Positions 9,224 through 18,713 of a stretch of DNA of 64,000 nucleotides are shown here, piece by piece. Position 1 is the stretch's first letter, and every line of letters begins with the position of its first letter. The DNA comes from an uncultured bacterium. GTDB lineage: Bacteria > Fermentibacterota > Fermentibacteria > Fermentibacterales > JCC-6. A model generated the notes under the pieces. That model did no database searches. It saw only the letters and a list, made by a program, of their open reading frames with translations, and was not told the origin of the DNA. Location of the stretch: assembly GCA_965372215.1 (NCBI GenBank), contig CBDVBK010000008.1, positions 50 through 64,049 on the forward strand, read 5' to 3'. The translations under genes and the position numbers were made by a program.

Positions 9224-11186
9224 CTATTCTGTCTCCAAGCTGCTTTGCTTCCTCTGCAAGGTTGAACTTCTTCATGGTTTCCTGAGAGGGTCTTCCCTTT
9301 TCCCTGTCCCATCCTCTGAGAGCATAGTACTCGTCCATAACCCTTCTGAATTTTTCTCCATCCATGGCCACTGTACGTCCTATAAATGGGTTTGTCTGCT
9401 GTTCGGTCCTCTCAAAATATGGGATTACTGATTCATCGTCAGCTCTTGATCTGTTGAAATTCCTGACAAGCAACGCTCGTTCAAGCTGTATCACTCTTTC
9501 CGAAGCATGATCCAGTTCACCGTCAGTCCATGGAATACCTGTGAGGGAGGTGAACATGTGCCGCTCAAACGAAGGGCCGTCCATACCTCCGGCTCTGGCG
9601 AAATTGTCTTCCGTTTTTCTTGAGTAGATCCTCGGGAAAACCTGGTCGCCAACAGTGAGAGAATCCTTCATCACAGATCTCTGACCGTGCCAGTATGCCG
9701 GGAAAGCCTTACCTGTATATGCGCTTTCCGGATCAGCGCAGGTTTCCGATCCGTAAACCTTCGATGAAACTTTTTTGATCCTGTCCCACGAAAGTCCGTG
9801 TTCGGGAGAACATATTCTGCTCCACCCCATAATGTTCTGTCCGTAACCGTGAGAGCTTGAGATGGGGTCTCTTGTATCCACCGCCCACTGCATGGCGCTG
9901 ACTACCCAGTAAGGGAAGAAGACATAGTTTATTCTGTCCCCGTGACCGTCCCAGTGACCGGCGTACCCCCAGGCCGGGAAGAGCTGCTTCAGTCTTTCTC
10001 CGCCGATACCCAGGATTTCACTTGCCCTCACCGTCCCTTCCGATAGAGCGGAACGGAACTCTCCTTCCCTTCTCGATATTCCCCTGAGAAGAAAAGACCA
10101 GAATTCGGGGCTGTCCAGATCAATCTCCATCCCGTCGATTCTGCTTAATTCGCCATCGTTCCTGAGATAGCGAAGCCACGGAACAAGACCTACAAGGATC
10201 TCCCAGTGGTTGAGCCCTTCATCATTGGCAATCTGACCGATCTCAAAGCCTGCCTCAAAACCAAGCTTCCAGTCATAGAAGGTTCCCTCAATGCCGGGAA
10301 ACAGACCTGCAATACAGTCAACCTGTCCTGAAAGCCTTTTTCCTTTTTGCAGAACCGCGGGGACAGTTGTGTAGAATCTGGCGTCATAGCACCTGACCGC
10401 GCAGCCCTGAGTACAGGCCTGGTAGCGCTGACCGTATTTTTTTACTTTGTCGATATCCAGTTCCGGTGTGTGCGGCCATCCATGAGATGCGTGGGCTTCG
10501 TTCCTGACAAACCTGCAGACCTCAAGAAACCTCTCCGGTTCCGCCACGGTCAGAGGAAGAGTCCCATGCACTGCTATTGCCTTCAGATTCTTTGAGCCCA
10601 TTACCGCTCCGTAGCCTCCCTGCCCTGAAGCACTTTCCGTTTCAGTGGCGGCGATGGCTATCCGGACTCTGTTCTCTCCGGCGGGACCGATGGCTAAAAC
10701 CCTCCAGTCCTTGCCGTACTGTTCCATTATCCTTTTCTGCGTCAGGTAGATACCTGTTCCCCAGAGTTCCCTCGCGTCCTCTATCGTACAGATTCTGTTC
10801 TCTATCTTCAGAAATACCGGGCTGGAAGCTCTTCCTGTGATGACAATGCCGTCAAAACCGGCATGTTTCAGCTCGGGACCCCAGTGTCCGCCAAAGGAGG
10901 ATCTGGAATACCACTCCACCGGATATCCCTGGGATGAGATGCCGCAGACGGTCGTCCTTCCTGAAAAGGGGGCTGCGGTTCCGGTGAGAGGACCGGTGAG
11001 TATCATCAGGGGGCTTTCAGGATCAAAGGCGCCGGTACCCGGGGGAATTTCATCCCACGCGATCCTTGCCGCCATGGCCCTCCCGCCGTACCAGTCCGGC
11101 AGGTAATCCTGTGTATCCTGCTGTTCAATATTTCCTGTGCTCAGGTTAATCCGCAGCAGTTTCCCTGCGTAGCCGCCGTATTTCAT
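9210..11186 (-). CDS. aor: Tungsten-containing aldehyde:ferredoxin oxidoreductase
   Basis: About 658 aa starting MKYGGYAGKLLRINLSTG with AOR N- and C-domain motifs. The start is placed at the internal Met, which gives an ATGA overlap with the ferredoxin gene. Confidence 0.88.
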   Translation of the reverse strand: MKYGGYAGKLLRINLSTGNIEQQDTQDYLPDWYGGRAMAARIAWDEIPPGTGAFDPESPLMILTGPLTGTAAPFSGRTTVCGISSQGYPVEWYSRSSFGGHWGPELKHAGFDGIVITGRASSPVFLKIENRICTIEDARELWGTGIYLTQKRIMEQYGKDWRVLAIGPAGENRVRIAIAATETESASGQGGYGAVMGSKNLKAIAVHGTLPLTVAEPERFLEVCRFVRNEAHASHGWPHTPELDIDKVKKYGQRYQACTQGCAVRCYDARFYTTVPAVLQKGKRLSGQVDCIAGLFPGIEGTFYDWKLGFEAGFEIGQIANDEGLNHWEILVGLVPWLRYLRNDGELSRIDGMEIDLDSPEFWSFLLRGISRREGEFRSALSEGTVRASEILGIGGERLKQLFPAWGYAGHWDGHGDRINYVFFPYWVVSAMQWAVDTRDPISSSHGYGQNIMGWSRICSPEHGLSWDRIKKVSSKVYGSETCADPESAYTGKAFPAYWHGQRSVMKDSLTVGDQVFPRIYSRKTEDNFARAGGMDGPSFERHMFTSLTGIPWTDGELDHASERVIQLERALLVRNFNRSRADDESVIPYFERTEQQTNPFIGRTVAMDGEKFRRVMDEYYALRGWDREKGRPSQETMKKFNLAEEAKQLGDRIVEKD

Positions 11187-11590
11187 GTTTCTTCCATGGT
11201 TATTGCGTTGAAACAACAGGCTTCTGCGCAGGCCGGCGCTCCACCGCAAAGGTCGCATTTCAAAGGCTTCTCCTCAGTTTCATACCAGAACATGGCTCCG
11301 TAGGAACATTCTTCCACACAGGTGCCGCACCTGGTACATAGATCGTAGTTTATCTTCCATGCTCCGCTGTACGGATCTTTGTATATGGCATTAACAGGAC
11401 AGGCATTTCTGCATTCCGGGTTTTCGCACTGCCTGCAGAAAGTATGTGAATGCTTACCCGAAAACAGCTCCAGATTTACCCTTATGGCTGATGCGGACCT
11501 GTCGTGCTTTCCGGATTGCAGAAGAGAGCAGACTGTCTGGCAGTTCATGCAGCCTGTGCAGAGATCGGATCTGACAGTGAATCTTGTCAT
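11183..11590 (-). CDS. 4Fe-4S polyferredoxin-like protein (AOR electron-transfer partner)
   Basis: 135 aa with several CxxCxxCxxxCP clusters, translationally coupled to aor. Confidence 0.85.
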   Translation of the reverse strand: MTRFTVRSDLCTGCMNCQTVCSLLQSGKHDRSASAIRVNLELFSGKHSHTFCRQCENPECRNACPVNAIYKDPYSGAWKINYDLCTRCGTCVEECSYGAMFWYETEEKPLKCDLCGGAPACAEACCFNAITMEET

Positions 11591-11662
11591 TGGAACCCTT
11601 CAGATTATTGAAGGATCACAATGTCCCTGGTGGCAGGTCATGTCAAGTTATCTCACAGTTGC

Positions 11663-12403
11663 TCAGATCAGCCCCTTCATGTACATCTGTCGTTTATCTT
11701 CGGTGAACTTCTCTATGGCGTACCTGAGCATCGTCCTGGGCATCTTTCCGTAATGCTTCTTCAGGAATTCCTCCTCGGTCTTCATGTTCCTGTTGCCGGC
11801 TTCCCTCAGCATCCAGCCAACCGCCTTATGAATAAGATCTTCCTTATCTTCGAGCAGGATTTCCGCGATTCTCAGTGTATCCGCGAAATCGTTCCTTCTT
11901 ATGAAATACTGCGTTGAAATTATGGCGATTCTTCTCTCCCATAGATCTTCTGATTCAGCAAATCTGTAGAGAGGGGTTCTGTCCCGGTCGTATAGCCAGG
12001 CTCCAGCAATATACGGTGCGGATGAATCGACCAGATCCCAGTTATTTATCTGTGAAACGCTGTTCATGAAAAGATTATAGATTTCTTCTTTTTGTATATA
12101 GTTACCTCTCCTGAACGAATCATTCATCATCAGAAGCGCAAACATTCTCTCTTCATGCCATTGCGAGAACAGCAGTGTTTTTGTCTCTTCGAGTGAAAGA
12201 CCTCGAAATTCCCGAACCAGTTTTCTTATCAGCGGGACTCTTACTCCGATGAACGTGTCACCTTCTCCGTACTCTCCTTTTCCGGTTTTGAAAAACCTCT
12301 GGTGTTTTGCCGCCCTGTCAGGTTCCGCTATCTCTCTCAGTTTTTTCGATATCTCATGTACAGCATTATCCATCTCTTTTCTCTCTCTCCGCTTTACGTA
12401 CAA
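11663..12403 (-). CDS. DNA alkylation repair protein (AlkD-like HEAT-repeat DNA glycosylase)
   Basis: 246 aa matching the AlkD/AlkC-family pattern (HQRFFKTGKGEYGEGDTFIGVRVPLIRKL, WDLVDSSAPYI). Confidence 0.75.
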   Translation of the reverse strand: MYVKRRERKEMDNAVHEISKKLREIAEPDRAAKHQRFFKTGKGEYGEGDTFIGVRVPLIRKLVREFRGLSLEETKTLLFSQWHEERMFALLMMNDSFRRGNYIQKEEIYNLFMNSVSQINNWDLVDSSAPYIAGAWLYDRDRTPLYRFAESEDLWERRIAIISTQYFIRRNDFADTLRIAEILLEDKEDLIHKAVGWMLREAGNRNMKTEEEFLKKHYGKMPRTMLRYAIEKFTEDKRQMYMKGLI

Positions 12404-12452
12404 GCTGTTTCAGCAACGATGTTTGACTGCGGGGTCCTCAGTCAGGATCCGG

Positions 12453-13553
12453 TCAGTACAGGTTGGAAACAGACATGAGCGCTTCATAAATGGCTCCTGC
12501 TACAATTCTGTTGGCATAGGCGTTCCAGTGCAGTGTACCGGGAGGACTAAAAACCAGACTGTCACGGCTGTAATTCTCCATGAATACAGGTCCAAGATCA
12601 AGAAAATGAAGATTATCATATCTCTCACAGGCAAAATCAACCAGAACGCAGTCAATATAGTATGTCAGGTCTTCAGGCATTGATCCATCATACCTGGGGC
12701 CATCACCTACGAACAGGACTGTTTTCCCCTGGATGGACACTGAAAGGTAATTCAGCATCCATTCGGTTGCTGAAACCAGGAGAGGATCCTGCGGATCATA
12801 ATCCTCTGCACTAGAACCTGTTCCTGCGGCAGGGGCGAACGGAGCTTCCCCATGCATCCTGAAAAGATTCAGCTTCGCATTCAGTACAAGATAGCGCAGG
12901 ATTGCCCTGTCGTTTGTAACTGACCGGACGAAATCGTAGAACCTTCTTTTCATTCCCGTGTAAGGTTCTGGTGGAATTATGGAAAAATCACAATTGTTTT
13001 GGGACAATTGAAAATTCTTATACATGGGCGGACCAAGTGCACGTAAACTGCCGGTAACGTCGTACTGATTAACAAGGATAACAATAGCGTCAGGATCGTA
13101 GAGACTGTCCACATAAACTGCTGTCTGAATATTGGAAAGAAGGAAAGAACCCCACACCCCGAAATTGTAGACCTGTGTATTGGGTCTCATGATGGAATCA
13201 AGGTATACCTCAAGATGCTCATCCTGATCTATCCACAAACCGAGCACGTAGGAATCCCCAATAACAGCAATGCGCGGAATCCCCGGAGTGCGGGAATACT
13301 CATACTCAAAGAGCGAATTGTACCCATGTTCATTCAGGCGCCAGTATCCTCCCTTGTTGCAGTACCTCCCGGTGGTGAATAATCCCTCTCCTGGTCCTGC
13401 TTTCTCAAAGAAGGAGAGTCCGGTCTCAGGATCGATTGATGCCAGAGGCCGTGAGCAGGCGGGAAGCAGACTTCTAAATAGTATTTCAAGCAGTACGATA
13501 AGGGGGAGGAAGAAGACTGCTATTCGAAGGGAAAAAGTAACGATTCTTTTCAT
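12453..13553 (-). CDS. Membrane-anchored SGNH/AlgJ-DltD-like protein partnered with the MBOAT
   Basis: N-terminal TM helix, IAVIGDSYVLG (GDS motif), and it sits immediately downstream of the MBOAT gene. Confidence 0.5.
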   Translation of the reverse strand: MKRIVTFSLRIAVFFLPLIVLLEILFRSLLPACSRPLASIDPETGLSFFEKAGPGEGLFTTGRYCNKGGYWRLNEHGYNSLFEYEYSRTPGIPRIAVIGDSYVLGLWIDQDEHLEVYLDSIMRPNTQVYNFGVWGSFLLSNIQTAVYVDSLYDPDAIVILVNQYDVTGSLRALGPPMYKNFQLSQNNCDFSIIPPEPYTGMKRRFYDFVRSVTNDRAILRYLVLNAKLNLFRMHGEAPFAPAAGTGSSAEDYDPQDPLLVSATEWMLNYLSVSIQGKTVLFVGDGPRYDGSMPEDLTYYIDCVLVDFACERYDNLHFLDLGPVFMENYSRDSLVFSPPGTLHWNAYANRIVAGAIYEALMSVSNLY

Positions 13554-13555
13554 CG

Positions 13556-14995
13556 TCAGAATTCAGCGTATATGAAGTTTCTGCCCCCGAAATCACCAAA
13601 GAATATCAGGATCAGAACCGATAAGTAATAGATCGACCACCTTGCAGCAACAGGCATGAAGGCAATATCCATCCCATGTTTTCTCCTTCGCTGGAACCAT
13701 TCTATGACAAAGAGTCCTATACAGGCGATCATCAGAGGCCAGTTGCCGAAATGATCTATACCTGGAATGTACGGATTACTGAACATTGTTCCCATGTAGG
13801 AAATGGCAAAAGGGATAGAAGGAGCCCGGAAGAGTAACCAGGCCAGAGAAACCATGGAGAATGTAAAGACAATGGCACGGATGTCCCTGATGCATGGAAA
13901 GCTTCTATTCTGGGCTACAACCGCCCCGCTGCTTACGCGAATTCTCCTGTGTATTGTCCTCGGTACGAAAAACAATCCATGAAGAATACCCCAGATAACG
14001 AAAATCCAAGCTGCGCCATGCCATAGACCACTTACAGCAAAAGCTAGAAGAATTCCAAGTACCTTTCTGGTTTTTCCAGGACGATCACCGCAGAATGGAA
14101 TGAAGATATAATCACGAAACCAGGTGGAAAGAGAAATATGCCATCTCCTCCAGAATTCTGCGATATCCCTGGAAAGATATGGGAAAGCGAAATTCCTCAT
14201 CACGCTGAACCCGAAAAGACTCGCTACTCCGATAGCGATATAGGAGTAGCCTGCAAAATCACAGTAGATCTGTACTGAGAAGAAAAGAATTCCGAATACG
14301 AGGTTCAAGCTATCCATTTGTAAATAATCAGCAAATATATGGTCAACTACCTGAGCAATGTTATCAGCAATCACAACCTTCATCAGAAGGCCCCAGAGAA
14401 TCTGCCGCAGCCCATCCTTTGCCATGGGTTCATTGAACTGCCTTTTTTTCAGGAACTGAGGCATCATGTTCCTTGCCCTCTCAATCGGGCCGGACAGAAT
14501 CAGGGGAAAGAAACTGCTGAAGGCCAGGAAACTCACAATGTCCTTATGGGATTCCATTCGCTTGAAGTACACATCTAAGGGGTAGGAGAGGATCATCAGT
14601 GTATAGAAACTGATTCCGACCGGCAATATTAACCGGATAACAGGAAGTGATACTCTCAGTCCCATCATTCCCAGAAAGACCTCAAACGAGGAAGCGAAGA
14701 AGTCGTAGTACTTCAACAGTAGAAGAGCCCCTATAGAGACGGTAAGACAAAGGGTAATCAGTATCCTTTTCGTCCTGGTCGAACTGACCCAACCCAGACT
14801 CAAACCTGTAAGGTAACATACAACGGCATTTATGAGAAGAATCGGGATCCATCTGTAGTTCCAGAGCCCATAGAAAGTAAGGTTCACTATTATAAGATAT
14901 ACGTTCTGTAGAAGAACGCTTCGCTTGAAAACCATCCAGTAAAGCAGGATAATTGCCACCAGGAAGAAGGGGAAGGGGAATGTATTGAACAGCAA
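13556..14995 (-). CDS. MBOAT-family membrane-bound O-acyltransferase (AlgI/DltB-like)
   Basis: Polytopic protein with the MBOAT core FWRRWHISLSTWFRDYIFIPF containing the conserved His. Confidence 0.9.
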   Translation of the reverse strand: MLFNTFPFPFFLVAIILLYWMVFKRSVLLQNVYLIIVNLTFYGLWNYRWIPILLINAVVCYLTGLSLGWVSSTRTKRILITLCLTVSIGALLLLKYYDFFASSFEVFLGMMGLRVSLPVIRLILPVGISFYTLMILSYPLDVYFKRMESHKDIVSFLAFSSFFPLILSGPIERARNMMPQFLKKRQFNEPMAKDGLRQILWGLLMKVVIADNIAQVVDHIFADYLQMDSLNLVFGILFFSVQIYCDFAGYSYIAIGVASLFGFSVMRNFAFPYLSRDIAEFWRRWHISLSTWFRDYIFIPFCGDRPGKTRKVLGILLAFAVSGLWHGAAWIFVIWGILHGLFFVPRTIHRRIRVSSGAVVAQNRSFPCIRDIRAIVFTFSMVSLAWLLFRAPSIPFAISYMGTMFSNPYIPGIDHFGNWPLMIACIGLFVIEWFQRRRKHGMDIAFMPVAARWSIYYLSVLILIFFGDFGGRNFIYAEF

Positions 14996-15000
14996 GTTTC

Positions 15001-15465
15001 ATGCCTCCAGTTCAAGACCATTATCAATGCGTATGGGGTCGGACGCCACTTGCGACACTTAGGTTCTACACCACCACATTGCTGATTATGATATCCGAAT
15101 CCAGCAGAGCTGGAAAGACGACTCTGTGCAAGCTTCTCAATGGAGTGGATGAACTTTCACCAGAGAAGAAGTTGACCGGGGTATCTGAGAACTCGAAGTC
15201 ATCCGAAACCGAACCGAACAGGATCACGAAAATTATTAAAATACTCATTTCCACCTCCAGGGAAGCGGTTCATATCAATGCATTCAATACCAAGCTAATC
15301 TTGCTCCTGCATCGGGTATGCGCAATGGTAACATCAGAACTGCCGGTACGAATACCCCTGCAGCTCCTTGAAGAAGCAATCCCCTCAGACCGCTTCAGTG
15401 TTGAGTTATACTCATCAGTTCCTACGGTGCTGTCCCCCGGATCAGCCGTGCTCGTTCCTCCTTAG
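15001..15465 (+). CDS. Hypothetical protein; weak call in a 590 bp gap
   Basis: The only ORF over 100 aa in the 14996-15582 gap and divergent from the MBOAT gene, but it has no recognisable domain or motif. Confidence 0.25.
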   Translation: MPPVQDHYQCVWGRTPLATLRFYTTTLLIMISESSRAGKTTLCKLLNGVDELSPEKKLTGVSENSKSSETEPNRITKIIKILISTSREAVHINAFNTKLILLLHRVCAMVTSELPVRIPLQLLEEAIPSDRFSVELYSSVPTVLSPGSAVLVPP

Positions 15466-15582
15466 CAGGAAAAGCAAGGATATTCTCGTGGTCATCTGGA
15501 TCGATCAGGCTTACATCCATCTGTATAGATTATTAGCTTAAGAGGGATCATGGTGATCTGAATTCATACTTCTCTTCACATC

Positions 15583-16554
15583 CTACTTCTCGAGGGTTAT
15601 TATCTTGCCAAGGCTGGTGCAGAGTATTGCTCTGTTCCCGTTTGGATTAATCGCAATATCGTGCGGAGTGCCCCAGTTGGCAGATGCTTCAACATCAAGG
15701 TTCTGAGCGTTGATTACGGTTACACCGCTGCCCTGAAAACCGACATATATGTAATGATCGTCCGGAGTAACCGCTACTGACACTGCGGGAGAAGGTATAG
15801 AATACGTTGAGTAATGCTGACCGGTTCCGGTATCAATCCCCCAGATTTCACTGAGAGAATCGGGCGCGACATAGATGAGATTACCAGAACCAGCGTAAAG
15901 ATCATTGATTCCGCCTGCTACTTCACATTCCGCAACGACAGAACCAAGGTTGCCGGTGGATATCTTTTTAACGGTGTTATCGTAACCATCCGCTATGAAA
16001 ATAGAAGATCCATCCGCAGTTATAACCGCGGCTACAGGCTCAATAAGACCGGATACCGTATCCACAGCTGTTACATCCCATGACAGCGAACTGATGGTTG
16101 TTATGGTTCCGTTTGATCCTACTGAATAAAGGTGCCAGTTCCCGCCTGTCGGGTTGGTGAGAATGAAGCTGCCATAGGAAGAGAGGGGAATCGGTCCATG
16201 GACTGTATATGTATCATTGCTTACATAGAACAGAAGATTTCCGCACAGCGCCAACGCGTAGCCACCCTCTGCCGTTGCGCCGACATCCTCTATGGGATAA
16301 CCCTGAAGGTAGACTTTAGCCCTGCAGTAACCGTTCTGATAATCGACGAAATAAAGGCTGTCCGCACCGGCAACTCCGTCACCACCTCCCTTTAGATAAC
16401 AGCAGTCTTCCGGAATGCCGGAAACATTCAAATCCTGAAGAAAGGAGAAAGGAAAATTATTCGAGAAGTTCGGTCCTGTGGTTCCGCATCCAGAACCGAT
16501 AATAAATGTTACCAGTACGAGCGAGAAAAAAACAGTAATAAGTTTCATCATCAA
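15583..16554 (-). CDS. Lipoprotein with beta-propeller (YVTN/NHL-like) repeats
   Basis: Lipobox FIIGSGC plus repeated Gly-rich and aromatic beta-strand blocks. Confidence 0.5.
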   Translation of the reverse strand: MMMKLITVFFSLVLVTFIIGSGCGTTGPNFSNNFPFSFLQDLNVSGIPEDCCYLKGGGDGVAGADSLYFVDYQNGYCRAKVYLQGYPIEDVGATAEGGYALALCGNLLFYVSNDTYTVHGPIPLSSYGSFILTNPTGGNWHLYSVGSNGTITTISSLSWDVTAVDTVSGLIEPVAAVITADGSSIFIADGYDNTVKKISTGNLGSVVAECEVAGGINDLYAGSGNLIYVAPDSLSEIWGIDTGTGQHYSTYSIPSPAVSVAVTPDDHYIYVGFQGSGVTVINAQNLDVEASANWGTPHDIAINPNGNRAILCTSLGKIITLEK

Positions 16555-17348
16555 TCTCCTTTAAATAATTCATCCATACGGATAGCATCTTTCACTGCCT
16601 GGCCGAAATGGCAGTTATTGAACATTACAAATGTCCTGCCGGATTCCGAACCGAGCCTGTTGATCACCGGCAGCCATGCCCGAAGTTCTTCATTGCTGTA
16701 CGTGTAATCATACCTCAACGGGCCACCTTTCCACCATTGCTGCGCGTTTCTTCCGTGCAATCTTATATAACCGAATGGTTTTCCTCCTATGGCCTGTGGT
16801 GGAGGAAGATGAGGTAATTTAGGGAGATCCACCGTAACCAGAGCAATTCCATTAGCGCTTATCCTCTCGAGAATTTCCTGCCTGTACCATTCATCGTATC
16901 TGAACTCGACCGCAACAGGTATATCATTGGTTTCTTCATTAAGTTCCTCAATGTATCGTAAACCCTCATCAGATGGCTTGAAGGAATATGGAAATTGCGC
17001 CAGAAGCCCGGACAGTTTATCAGCCTCTATAAACGGTTTCAGCATCTCGTTGAAATCATTCCACTGATCCTTCGTCACGTCTCTTGAATGGGTCATGCTT
17101 GAGTGAAGTTTCACAATAAATTCAAATCCCTCAGGAGTCTTGTTGACCATGTTCCAGGATACCTTCGGATGCATTATACGATAGTATGTACTGTTAACCT
17201 CAACGGTTGAGAAGCGTGAGGAATAGCAGGCAAGCATTCCCCCTCGCGATGTACCGGGTGGATAAAAGGGTCCTACCCAGTCAGCAAAGCTGTATCCGGA
17301 TGTTCCCAGCCTTATTTCAACTTCACTTTTTGCTGATGTATTACTCAA
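16551..17348 (-). CDS. DUF72 family protein (YecE-like)
   Basis: The sequence matches the DUF72 pattern along its length, including LGTSGYSF, FPYSFKPS and YIRLHGRN. Confidence 0.85.
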   Translation of the reverse strand: MSNTSAKSEVEIRLGTSGYSFADWVGPFYPPGTSRGGMLACYSSRFSTVEVNSTYYRIMHPKVSWNMVNKTPEGFEFIVKLHSSMTHSRDVTKDQWNDFNEMLKPFIEADKLSGLLAQFPYSFKPSDEGLRYIEELNEETNDIPVAVEFRYDEWYRQEILERISANGIALVTVDLPKLPHLPPPQAIGGKPFGYIRLHGRNAQQWWKGGPLRYDYTYSNEELRAWLPVINRLGSESGRTFVMFNNCHFGQAVKDAIRMDELFKGD

Positions 17349-17489
17349 ATACCACCTTTATCCTTATTCAATCAACTGCTCAGATCAAGCGACTTTCTAT
17401 CATATTCTTCAAACCTCCGCAGTCAATGGAATCATGATGAAGTTCCAGCCTTCTGGAAGCAAAGTCTCAGTTCGTTTATCAAAGCAAGG

Positions 17490-17580
17490 TTGACAACTTG
17501 TTTACAACTTCAATATAAATATGTAAGGATAGTTGTAAACTTTCCTCAAGCTGTTTGTGCTGCAGGTTGTTTATAACTTG
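17490..17580 (+). promoter_or_regulatory. Sigma70-like promoter with an embedded palindromic operator (GTTTACAAC / GTTGTAAAC plus a third degenerate copy)
   Basis: TTGACA at 17490-17495 and ATATAA at 17513-17518 form the promoter. GTTTACAAC at 17500-17508 lies in the spacer. Its exact reverse complement GTTGTAAAC is at 17532-17540. A third degenerate copy GTTGTTTATAAC is at 17566-17577. This AT-rich region sits upstream of the wHTH regulator gene. Confidence 0.5.
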
Positions 17581-17623
17581 AATAATAATGAACATTGCAT
17601 AGCTGCAAACACTGGAGTATGAC

Positions 17624-18655
17624 ATGGATGTCAAATCATTAATATCAGAATATTTAAGGAAGAACGGAGAGGTTCGTTCATCTGAGATAGTAAAGGCCAC
17701 TGGTTTCTCTCGAACCTATGTTGATCGCTTTTTCAGGGAATTACGTGAGGAAGGTGTGCTCACTCTTATAGGTAAAGCAAATAAGGCAAAGTACATTCCT
17801 GCTACTGAAAAAAGGGTGACAGCCGAGAATAGATCCATAAAAAGAATTCACAATATCCTCACAAATAAAGATCTGAGCGAAGATAAGGTTTATTCCAGGA
17901 TAAAAACCAGAACCGGGATAATATATGGGCTTTCTGAGAATGTATCCGGGATAATTGAATATGCTTTCTGTGAAATGCTAAATAACGCAATAGAACATTC
18001 ATCTTCAGAGAAGATAGAAGTTAGAATGGAGAGAAAACTCGAAAATGTCATGTTTGAAATCAGGGATTATGGAGTTGGTATTTATAACAACATAAGAATC
18101 AAGTTGAACCGGGAGAACGATATGGACTCAATTCAGGACCTCATTAAAGGAAAATTGAGTACATCTCCAGCTACACACAGCGGCAAGGGAATATTCTTTA
18201 CTTCCAGAGTGAGTGAAATTCTGACCATACAGAGTTCACAAAAGAAACTGATCTTTGATAATCTGGTTGAAGATATTTTCATCAGAAATGTCAATAATAC
18301 AAAAGGAACGAGAGTTGTTTTTTCCATAAGCCTCGATTCAACAAAAGAACTGAGGGAGATCTTTGACCGGTTTACAGATGATCATTACTCATTCAGTAAG
18401 ACGGAAGCATTTATCAAATTGTACGAAAAAGATACAAACTACATTTCGCGTTCACAGGCTCGAAGAGTGATGACAGGTCTTGAAAAATTCAAAACCATTA
18501 TCCTTGATTTTAAGGGAGTCGCGACCATGGGACAGGCCTTCGCTGATGAGATCTTCCGTGTCTGGCAAGGGAAATACCCGGAAATAACAATCATTTACAG
18601 AAATACTGCTGAGAACGTCATATTCATGATCAGGAGAGCTCTGGCCGGTTCCTGA
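17624..18655 (+). CDS. Fusion protein: winged-HTH + GHKL/HATPase_c ATPase + STAS-like DUF4325 domain
   Basis: N-terminal wHTH (SSEIVKATGFSRTYVDRFFRELREEGVL). GHKL N-box EMLNNAIEH with G1 DYGVGI and G2 GKGIFF. C-terminal ILDFKGVATMGQAFADEIF, typical of DUF4325/STAS. Confidence 0.7.
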   Translation: MDVKSLISEYLRKNGEVRSSEIVKATGFSRTYVDRFFRELREEGVLTLIGKANKAKYIPATEKRVTAENRSIKRIHNILTNKDLSEDKVYSRIKTRTGIIYGLSENVSGIIEYAFCEMLNNAIEHSSSEKIEVRMERKLENVMFEIRDYGVGIYNNIRIKLNRENDMDSIQDLIKGKLSTSPATHSGKGIFFTSRVSEILTIQSSQKKLIFDNLVEDIFIRNVNNTKGTRVVFSISLDSTKELREIFDRFTDDHYSFSKTEAFIKLYEKDTNYISRSQARRVMTGLEKFKTIILDFKGVATMGQAFADEIFRVWQGKYPEITIIYRNTAENVIFMIRRALAGS

Positions 18656-18713
18656 TAAACATACAGATGTTCTGGCAGTATCTTTCAGTTTCAAGCAGAC
18701 AACAGTTATTTTA

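Noticed and set aside
9210-11258. Long N-terminal extensions on several track ORFs (aor at 11258, C25 at 43682, ATPase at 49944, lolE-like at 50074, protease at 53305)
   Set aside because: The extensions overlap upstream genes by 70-140 nt and lack homology. Internal Met codons give canonical N-termini (signal peptides, MKYGGYAGK for AOR) and ATGA couplings, so the starts were moved.
15330-15480. Possible SRP RNA (GGTGCTGT... resemblance), RNase P RNA or tmRNA in the 590-bp gap
   Set aside because: The conserved cores (GGAAGCAGCC of SRP domain IV, GGAAAGUCCGG of RNase P, the tmRNA tag-reading frame) are absent on both strands.
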